From assembly GCF_006345805.1 (NCBI RefSeq), contig NC_042999.1, positions 30,070,001 through 30,134,000 of the forward strand: a stretch of 64,000 bases of DNA, read 5' to 3'. The DNA comes from Octopus sinensis (Eukaryota). Position 1 is the first letter of the stretch. Each line of letters starts with the position of its first letter. The translations under genes and the position numbers were made by a program. The notes beneath the pieces were generated by a model that saw only the letters and a list, made by a program, of their open reading frames with translations, had not been told where the DNA came from and ran no database searches. Below are positions 53,498 through 64,000 of this stretch, in pieces.

Positions 53498-54242
53498 TTA
53501 ATAATAATAATAATAATAATTTCATTTATTGGCCACCAAGGCAGACATATAGTAGACGTGGACAGTGGGAATTTTACGCAACACAAGGAGTACAAAATTA
53601 AAACATTAATTACTATTAAAGGCGGTTTTCCACCATGGCCACAGTCAAATGACTGAAACAAGTAAAAGAGAGAGTATAACAAGCAAGAAGAATATGATAA
53701 TGAATGTACTTCAATATCGGGGTAACCACCTAGATTTGTCTCAGGCACCTGACGGAAATGTTACGGGCGAGAAAATAGAAACAACGAGGTGGTCCGGTAT
53801 AATTTATATGACGGTTTCAGGTGTTTCGAGAACTAATAGTGACAGAGACGTGAAAGATGGAGGAGGAGAAAATTTCGCGCAAAAAGTCAAACACCGAATG
53901 GAAAGAATCGTAGTAGCCAATAAAGCTAGCGAGGAGGACAAGAGTGAGTTATATGGTATACACGTTATCATTGATACATCGGTGTATCAAACGTAATTAT
54001 GTACTATCTCTATCGTTTTATACATATATGTTTCTGTATGTATCCATATATATATATGCTTACATAACTTAAATATATGTATGTATATACATGTGTATAT
54101 TATACACGCATATGCATATATATGTATATGTATGTGTATATACATGATATACTTTTGTGTATATATGTGTTGGTATATGCATTGCATCTATCTATCTATC
54201 TACCTATCTCTCTATCTCTCTATATATATATACATATATATA

Positions 54243-54303
<61 letters not shown>

Positions 54304-54305
<2 letters not shown>

Positions 54306-54607
54306 AGGCGCAATGGCCCAGTGGTTAGGGCAGCGGACTCGCGGTCGTAGGATCGCGGTTTCGATTCCCAGACCAGGCGTTGTGAGTATTTGTTGAGCAA
54401 AAACACCATCCACGATGCTCCGGCAGGGGATGGTGGCAATCCCTGCTGTACTCTTTCGCTACAACTTTCTCTCACTCTTTCTTCATTTGGCCTGCTCGCT
54501 TAGCCAGTGGGGTGGCGTTATTTGAAGGCTAAAACAATGCGAAGCGCATTGTGACCAGCGATGTGTAGCAACATCTGATAGTCTGGTCGGTCACGGTGAT
54601 CACGGTG

Positions 54608-54609
<2 letters not shown>
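54304..54609 (+). mobile_element. tRNA-derived SINE family A, tail type 1
   Basis: ggaggcgcaatggcccagtggttagggcagcggactcgcgg..ggtttcgattccc..ggtcacggtgatcacggtgat. Confidence 0.92.
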
Positions 54610-54648
<39 letters not shown>

Positions 54649-57160
54649 AAACAATACTTCTATGTGGCTGTAGATCTGTAGATATACAGACAGACAGATG
54701 GATGTGTGTGCATAGATGAGTACAAATATGTGTGTGCGCGCGCGTATGTATTTGTGTTTGTGTGTGTGTATATATTTTATATGCACATGATTATATTTGT
54801 GTGCTTGTGTATATAGTAAATACATATCCAAAAGTGTTTTCATATCTTGTTTGAAAAACCAACACATAATGTAACCTATTTTTCTTTTCAATGTAATCGT
54901 CAAAAGTATATTCACTTCTAACCGCAGTTCTTCTGACACACTCATAGACATTAGTTTCGCAGAATTGATTTCTCTACTTCTTCCTCTTCAACGCTTTATT
55001 TAGCATCCCTATCTAAGATTGTATTATAGATTTAAACAAACATAGTTTAATACCTTCTTACAGACCGTCAGAAAAGCTGCTCTGTAGCAAAGTATAGAAT
55101 ACAGAATATGAAATAACATATTTTCAAACATGGCATTAAAATAAGAGAAACGTCAGTCATTGGTTGACTATAATCTCTGAAGATAAATTCATTTATATTT
55201 CATTCGCATGAATGCTTCACTGAAAACACTAATCATAATTCCATTTAAAATCTAATGGATTTCATTTATTTTCTATTAGAATCTTGGGCAAGAAGTAAAT
55301 ATTCATGATATTACAAATCAATAACAAAGATATTTACAGAAGTAGTAACTAAAACAAAAAGAGAATATATAAAATCACGGAGAATATGTGAAAAAAACTG
55401 TTTAATTTCTTAAGATAAAATGTTTGTCTCTAGTCGTTGCTGTCTAGTAAAGCTAATGTATATCACAAGCTAAGTGTTGAATATATTTAGTTATTTATAA
55501 AAATACATTTATATTCATTAATTTGTGCAATGCCTGCAGCAAATTATGTTAATGGTAGTAAACATGATGAGGGGGAGGAGGAGGAGGAAAACGAGGAGAA
55601 GGAGGAAGACGAGGAGGAGGATGGTGACGTCGTATAAACGGGCGCGGGCTGCGTAATGAGGATGATCATGGAGAAAAATTTGTTTTGACTATGATTAAAC
55701 GACGATGACCATGATGAGTGGAACTTGATGAATCTGATGGCGGTGATGGTGATGATAGTGAGAATGATGAAGATGGGCACGTGGTCATCATTATCATTTT
55801 CATAAGCATCGTCGTCGTCGTCATCTTCATCATCAACATCATCTTCATCATCGTCATCGTCATCGTCATCATTATAATGGTCATTATCATCAGCATGCAA
55901 AAAAAATGTACGATGAAGCGAGATGAAAAAAAAGAACAGGAAAACATAGGCTTCGCAAGATAACAATTATGTTTTTTGGGTTACTTTTTGCTTTATTTGG
56001 ATTTATTGGATACTATGTGTAATAGATACATGAGAGCAATTACGATAAATGTATGGATGTTAGAACATATGACAAGTATGTTTTGATGTAATGAATAAAA
56101 CAATATCACTTTATATGGAGACGAATCGACTGATAACACAATTAATTTAGCTGTGGACGCTGTTTACCAAACTATTTCAATGAAATGGATGCGTTAATGA
56201 ATATTATCGTACCAAGCAACGATACAAAATGACCTAGAAAAAATTGTCTGCACATAAGAAAAAGATGAGAAAAAGAAAGAGAAAACAGTATGATACAGGC
56301 ACCATTTTCACACAGTCGTAAGAAAAAATCCGTTCCTATACTGTGTCTGTGATCGAGTGTGATAAAATGAAAGAAATGTATGTATACAAGAAGCAGGTGC
56401 ACTGCATATATATAATTGTTAAAGAGGATGACAAACAGTGAGACCGGGCAAAAACATCTGAAGTATACAATATTATTTACGCAGAATTCCTCCTAAGGAG
56501 TCATGCCCCTCTCCCTATAGCTTCGGAAAGTTCAACTATGATGTTTTATGATTCTATTTTTTTTCTTTTCTTTCCAACTGCTTATACTTTTACTCCCTTC
56601 CTCTATGTCGTCATCTCTTTAATAGATGCCATATTCATTTTATCTGTTTTCCATTTATTTGTCTCTGATGGCGGAATAACATATACTCAGGGATATCCCA
56701 GACACAGCTGTAAGATCTTGGATCATTTTCCAATAAAAATATTGTATACGACTTGAGATAATTGCCTTACCTCAATACGAGTCGTCCACATACATCCACT
56801 GCACCGGAAATCTGCAATGGCCCCATGACTATATTCTGGCGATAACTATGGAGTCCTATTAACCTGTTACATTCCTTACCTAGGATAACTATCCGTTTAG
56901 ATCACCTGTACACCAAATCCCCATACATTGTGTCTATATGAATATATATATATACATTTAAATAATGAGGGAGATAAATTGAATATTAATTTAATTAATA
57001 TCAATTTAAAACCAGTAGCCTAGCATACAAAAATCTGAAAAATCAGAGAACATTCTAATACATGTGTATATTTAAAGGCACACACACGCACATACATACA
57101 TATGTACATACATATATACATATACATATATATATATATATATCTATATATATATATATA

Positions 57161-57233
<73 letters not shown>

Positions 57234-57989
57234 CCACCGTCTAGGCTTAAAAAACGCCCTTATTGTTGGTTTCCTTGTACTGTTTTTTTCATCATTTGTA
57301 TTGCTTTTACGCCCTGTTCTTGTCACTCTTTTTTACCTCTCTGCAAAAGAATTTTATTTAATTCATTTTGCAGGGAGGACTGTCTTGACTGGATCGTGTT
57401 CTGCCCTTACCTTCGAAACACGCATTGAGTCGAAACAGGGGTAGCTGATGAAGGGGAATATTCCTTGTATTGTTTGTCTTGTACTCTGTTTTTTCGTTGT
57501 TAAAAAAAGTCCGTTTCCTTGTTTGATTATATGTTTTCTTTTCTCGTTGTGTTCTACGTTTATTTGTGGTGTCCTGTACTCATATATATATATATATGCA
57601 TGTATATATACATATAGATGTATTATGTACATATATGTATGTATGTATGCATATGTTTTATTTATTAAATTGTTATTACATGTATATATATATATCACTT
57701 GACTTTATGAATGGTCCTATTATTATTTGATTTATCTTTTCCTATGTTAATAATTTTACTAACACTGACTGTTGTATCGTGAGATAATGAGAAATATCAT
57801 ATATTTTCAGATGCTATGCGATGTTGATAGAATCTAGCAACTTCTGATTATGATTAGAAAATAGATGATAGTTATAATCATAATGACGAAAACGATTATG
57901 TTAAGTATGTGGATGAAATAAATTTTGTTGATACTCACCTATGAGACAGGAGGATGAACGTGCTAACACTACTGCTACTGGCGATGAAG

Positions 57990-58007
57990 ATAACGATTAT
58001 GTTTATG

Positions 58008-58042
<35 letters not shown>

Positions 58043-58523
58043 ATGATGATGATGTTGATGATGAGGATGATGTTGATGATGATGATGATGGTGATGATAA
58101 TTATGATGATGATGATGAAGTTGAAGATGATGATGATAATTATGATAATGATGATGTCGATGAGGATGTTGATGATGATGATGATGTTTATGATGATGAT
58201 GTTGATGATGAGGAGGAGGATGATGATGATGACGATGATGAGGATGTTGATGAAGATGGTGATGATGATGATAATGGTGATGACGATGATGATGATGCTG
58301 ATGGTGACGATGACGTCGCTATGATGTCAGTACCGGTGCATGTGTTGGTATCGTTCTCTTGTTGTTTGTGGTGCTGATTGCTTCACGTGGTGGTGGTAGT
58401 TGCTGATAGTGGCGGCAATGGTGGTTGGTAGCTTTCCTGATGTTTTGTCTTGCTAGTTGTGGCGCTGTTGGTAGCAGCGAAACTGGAGACGGTAATGATA
58501 CTGGTAACGATAATGATGTTAAA

Positions 58524-58566
<43 letters not shown>

Positions 58567-58596
58567 TTGATGATGATGATGATGATGATGATGATT

Positions 58597-58653
<57 letters not shown>

Positions 58654-58817
58654 GTGGTGATGATAATGATAATGATGATGATGATGATAGTGATGATGAT
58701 GATGATGATGACGATGACGAGGATGGGGATGATGACAACGGCAAAGACAATGACGACGAGATATGCTTTGATGATGATAATGTCGATGACGATGATGATG
58801 ATGATGATGATGATGAC
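57990..58817. repeat. two long (GAT)n fields
   Basis: About 57990-58322 and 58520-58817. Confidence 0.95.
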
Positions 58818-60479
58818 GTGCATAGCGTTATAATGAATTGATTTATAACAAAGCAGGTTTCTAAAACCACAGTTTCAATTTTGTAATTTTTCACCAAATA
58901 TTTACATGGCGTCGTATATTGGATTATGTTGCTAGTTATGGTATTATATAAACTACTGTGTCCAATGACTATAAAGATATCGATCTTGTGAAGTATAGTA
59001 TCGGTATGGTATTGACGATGTGAATAAAATCATATCTCGTAGCGACGTTATATGGACTTTTGTCGGCTGACTACACAGAACTGAGTTAATTTAGCTGTGG
59101 AGACTGTTTAACATTTGTAATAAACAGGAAAATGTTTCAATAAATTGGAAACTACCAATATTGCACCACAGCATTTTGAGGTAATCTATAAGTCACTCTT
59201 TATTAATTAATTCTTGCTTTTACACATCACTTTTTTTGTTCTTTGTTTTGTCTCTTTCGTGGCGTGTCTATGTACTTAATATTTTTCTCTACTTTTAATG
59301 TTTACGTTCTTGTTGTTTCGTTTTCGTTTTATGATACTAATGGTTTTGTTCTTGTTAGGTGTGTATTCTCGTTTAGTTGTTTTACGGTTTCTGTAGATAT
59401 TGCTCTTATTATTTTCTTCCTGCTATTATCGTTAATATTTAATATTTTTTGTATCTTTCTGTTCTGATAGTTTGAAGTTCAAATATTACCCTTTATTTTC
59501 TAGATTTGCTTAGAAGCGGGCTTGATTTTAACTTTTTCTTTTGCTTGGGATCTTCAGAATGCTTATATCGATTGCATTGATACCTTAATGCACACATAAC
59601 AATCACACAACTAGTGAGAATCCACACTATGGTCGATTTTCCAAAATAGCAGCCTTTCTTTACATCTTAGTTTGATATCTTAAAAACATGGAAGGATATG
59701 TTAAATAACATAATCTATTAACGAATTGAAAGTTTACATACTCATATTGGGATTGCTATTAATTTTAGATAAAAGTGAAAATGAGCTGTATTAATGTCCA
59801 GTGTCACAAATATCATACATGTGCACAATCAACCAAGTTAGATAATATAAAGTACATCATTCAAACCTAATACATGTTAAAAACTGAAACCAATTGCTGA
59901 TGTCGTGAACTATTGGTACAATCTACTTTCTATACAATGTCTTCCCGGTAAAATAACGTAAAGTATAATGTTACACACTTGACAGCAAATACGTCATCAG
60001 TCAAAGATAATTTATATTTTAAACAAGTGGCAGCCCGTATATAAAACATCTGAAACAAGTCATAATTTACATACTCGCAACATAGAAACACCAAAACTCA
60101 CTTAATGTATACGAATCAGAAACAATGTTTCAGATTGTTGCAACTCATACGCCTATACTCCACGGAAAAAGACAGGAAATACAAATTTCATGTAACGAAA
60201 GCCAAATTCTCAAGTGTCAATGCAGCCTACACAAATCAGGAAGTCGAAGGAAGTGCAGTAGAGACATGCGACATGGTACTCCACTCATGGATTTTAGTAT
60301 CACTTATTTGACAAAGCATAGTGGAGAAATGTCCTTACGAATGAATATGAGATCACGGGGATTTTGTACTGGTAAACGCGGAACCATGTAGAACACTTTG
60401 TCCTGTTTGCGAATTTTAACGCGTAAAATCTCTATCGCTATTCCACATAGAAAAGTCAAGATGAACTACAAATCATGAA

Positions 60480-62900
60480 GAAATGTATTTTCCCTTAACC
60501 CTCGTTGTGTGATAATACAGGATTAAAAAAAGATAACCGCATTTCTGTAGAAGAGATCAAGTCATATCTTAAGAATGCTTTGTAGCAACCGTAATGGAAT
60601 AAAGAGAGTTATTGTAAAGGGTGACTTTAACTATGAATACAAGAGAGATTCACTTTTCACAAAATAATCCCATTGGATGATGCGGTTTTAGAACCCGATA
60701 AAAAGTACTGAAATTTCATTATAATTAAGATAATCCTGGTAATGGTGAATGCAATATATTTGAAAGCATTGAAGCTCCGATCTTGGTAACTGTGACCATC
60801 ACATGACGGATAGATGCTACTCTTTGTAGTTCTGGATTAAAGATTACCTTTAGCATTATATATATGCCAGAAGTTCAACGAACGTCTCCAACATGTGTAA
60901 TCAGCGAAGAGGAAATATTGGTCGATCGTAGTGTGCTACAGAATTTTATCTGACAAACATAAAAAGTGACGTCATAGTATTTCTGTCATCCTTATTAGTT
61001 ATATTAGGAACCATTGGAGGCGCAATGGCCCAGTGGTTAGGGCAGCGGACTCGCGGTCATAGGATCGCGGTTTCGATTCCAAGACCGGGCGTTGTGAGTG
61101 TTTATTGAGCGAAAACACCTAAAAGCTCCACGAGGCTCAGGCAGGGGATGGTGGTGATTCCTGCTGTACTCTTTCACCACAACTTTCTCTCACTCTTACT
61201 TCCTGTTTCTGTTGTACCTGTATTTCAAGGGGCCGGCCTTGTCACTCCCTGTGTCACGCTGAATATCCCCGAGAACTACGTTAAGGGTGCACGTGTCTGT
61301 GGAGTGCTCAGCCACTTACACGTTAATTTCACGAGCAGGCTGTTCCATTGAATCGGATCAACCGGAACCCTCGTCGTCGTAAACGACGGAGTGCTAAGTG
61401 CTTCCATCCCATTAGGAACCATGTATATTAAACATTTCAGACATTTGGTAGAGGAATGATGTAGGGAAAAGGGTCAAAATGAGCTAGATAAACCAAGATA
61501 CTATGGGCTTGTGGCATATAGGCAGGAACACGTAATAAACTTCAGAAAATATACTCTCTTCCTTTAACTCATGTATAAACTCGCAATGTTCGTATATCAA
61601 TCACCATCCAGTTATTACTGCATTAACCATTTACATTTCTAACAAGTTAATAATTATATAAATATAACATGAAAAAGTCATAAGTTACTTTTCTAATCTT
61701 TTGCAGAAATTATTTCAATAAGTCTATAATTGATCGCAAATTCAGCTGATTCATTAGTAGATATAGCAAGATTATACTGATAGTTACCTGTCAGAAAAAG
61801 CGAATATCATAACAGTTGTCAACATGATAGCATTCATTTCAATTCCGAAGATAACCCATCAAAACTGACATTAAGTGAGAGAAGCTTTCCCCAGGAACAA
61901 TACATTGGAAAGTAATTCCACATAACCATGCTGTGATCTATATAGATAATAGCAATACAAATAACAATACAAAAGCTGTAAATGTTTTTCTTGAAACTAA
62001 ACGATTAAATGTTAACTTAGCCTGGAATTATGCATGCAATGTAATGTTTAATATATATTTACAGTAGATCTGGAACGTAGGGCTAATGAAACTATTTTAT
62101 GATTCATCTTTACCCTGACTTCGTTATGCAAAAATCAATGCCCGAAGTACAGACTTATTCATTTGGTCTAAACTCGCCTCTGACAGTTATATTCCAACAA
62201 ATTTAACAATATTCGATATTCTCTTCAAACGCTCATCTCCCTTTCAGAATTTCCCTCTCAAATACTTAACGATAGTTTCGGTGAAGGGAATTGTGGCGGC
62301 GTTTTTACTGCGTTCAATCTAATTGGATACGTAACTCCCATCATTAACCAGCAGAAAAAAGGGTCTCTATTTATCTGCCAAATATTATCATCAGGAATTA
62401 ACAGATATTGGAAATGTACCTGCAGAATGAATTCATTGTCTTGGAAATGCTACGGTAATAGCAGTCTCGTCTCTGTAGACCTCTTTAATCGGAAGTGTAA
62501 CCACGGTGAAACTACACGTCTAGATATTTCCGAACGTTGTTCGTATTTTCAAGGCTGAATATATTCTGCTCCAAGCAGAATGTATTCTCAAAGTATGAGA
62601 ATTTTCAACACATTCATCCGATAATGAACTCGATCTTTTCACACAATCTGTATGACACCAATTTTGATATCAGAGACAGTTTTTAACATGCGTAGATTTT
62701 CTAGATTAATGACTTACCTGATATCAATGGCGTTGCGCTTCTATAAATATGGTTAAAGTCAACCTCAATGCTGAAATATTGTCAAGAGCAACCACAATGG
62801 AATATAAAAGACTTCGGTTGGCACAGATATCGTTTCATCTCTATATATCATGCATTTTATATCCAAATCTCTACTCATTTCTCCATTCTCTTTAAAACTA
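60480..62900 (+). mobile_element. very old CR1/L2-like LINE remnant (APE plus RT), interrupted by the SINE at 61016
   Basis: RVIVKGDFNY and LGNCDHHM (APE motifs); KKGSL and RLDISER (RT-like). Heavily decayed. Confidence 0.45.
61016..61410 (+). mobile_element. tRNA-derived SINE family A head with tail type 2; 12-bp TSD
   Basis: Same head as 54304 but a different 3' half. attaggaaccat occurs at 61003-61014 and 61411-61422. Confidence 0.92.
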
Positions 62901-63096
62901 CTGCGGAAGCAATCCTGATGTCAGTGTTTAAATAATACTTAGAACATTATCCATTTTATATAGTTTTATATATCTGAATGTAATCCAATTAACTCTCCGC
63001 TTATAACGAAACTGCAATTATTTACGAGATGTCACTACACCACGGTTGTATATTTGTTTGCCACCTCTTACTGAAATTTTCTCATCGTTCCGAGTC

Positions 63097-63134
<38 letters not shown>

Positions 63135-63135
<1 letters not shown>

Positions 63136-63495
63136 TGTGTACAGTGCTCAGGTGCACTAGAACTCATCTAAAGTGTATATATAATCAGGTGTAGTTTCGG
63201 CGGATTTCGGAAAGCATGAGGGCCTTAAAAGATGCAGTGTCATGGCAGTCAACAACTGACGCAGGCAGTTTATTCCATGCTTCAGCAATTCTGAGCGTGA
63301 AAAAATGTTTCCGAAAGTCATGGGAGCTGTATTGTTTTCTGACTTTGTAGGCATGTCCACGTGTGTTAGACACATGGAGATCAAAAAGGTGTTCAGTGTT
63401 GTTGTTGGTGAGGTGGTTGATAACTTTGTGGGTGTTTACCAAGTCCGTCGCCAAACGCCGGAGCTTCAGTGAATCCATGCCCAGGGAAACCCCTT
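63135..63495 (-). mobile_element. CR1/L2-type LINE 3' end with (ATT)n tail
   Basis: SLGMDSLKLRRLATDL..TRGHAYKVRKQ..KHFFTLRIAEAWNKLPASVV. Tail run at about 63098-63134. Confidence 0.85.
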
Positions 63496-64000
63496 CGGTT
63501 CGGGTGAACAGTTGTAATTGGATCATACCACTAACAAAACCTCTATTTCTATATATCAATATTAAACAGTTTCTTGTATTTCGCTACAGTTAATTGTCTA
63601 TGTGCTTGAAATTTTTCCTTGTGTTTTTATTACTGGCTGATAATGAAGTAAAAATATCGAAAAATTGGAAGGGAATGTAATGTGTCTCAAAAAATCAGGT
63701 GATTTACGAAGACATTAACAGTTAAAGGTATGTTAATCTCGTCGAACGGAAATTGAAACCATCATTATGGTTAAAGTTGAGGGAAAATTATTTCTTCTCT
63801 ACTACGACATCAATTCGTCTGTTTATAGCTGATGAGGGTTCCGATAATTATAATTAGGATGATGTTAATTATGGTGGTGATTATTATGATGATTGATTTG
63901 ATAGAGATGCATGTAATAAGGATGTGCTAAGGGTGACGATGATGATGATGATTATGAGGATGAGGGTGATGACGCAGAAGAAGAGGAGGAAGAGGAGGAA

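Noticed and set aside
54304-54375. tRNA gene candidates (also 61016, 9225, 27667)
   Set aside because: A and B boxes continue into SINE bodies present in multiple copies, with no complete cloverleaf.
56766-56910. Two AG/GTAAGG donor-like sites on the minus strand (possible micro-exons)
   Set aside because: No convincing polypyrimidine acceptor or recognisable peptide; needs RNA-seq.

Overview
AT-rich, microsatellite-dense animal DNA. The SINE families and simple repeats point to an octopus (coleoid cephalopod) intergenic or intronic region; this is inferred from repeat content and not verified. I cannot support any host protein-coding exon, and nearly all ORF-track entries are microsatellite translations or retroelement fragments. 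The window holds young and old R4/Dong-like REL retrotransposon copies stacked in (AAT)n arrays, decayed L1/Tx1, RTE, CR1/L2 and Penelope-like fragments, mariner remnants and a MITE, and several tRNA-derived SINE families. The standout is a ~1.9 kb insertion in a (TA)n tract (13643-15575). It is built from a ~475-bp highly structured unit, and four of the units carry an identical, canonical type I hammerhead ribozyme. Two ribozymes lie on each strand, arranged head-to-head as a large palindrome with a template-switch scar at the centre. It looks like a very young retrozyme or Penelope pLTR array able to release a 475-nt, possibly circular, RNA from a transcript in either direction.
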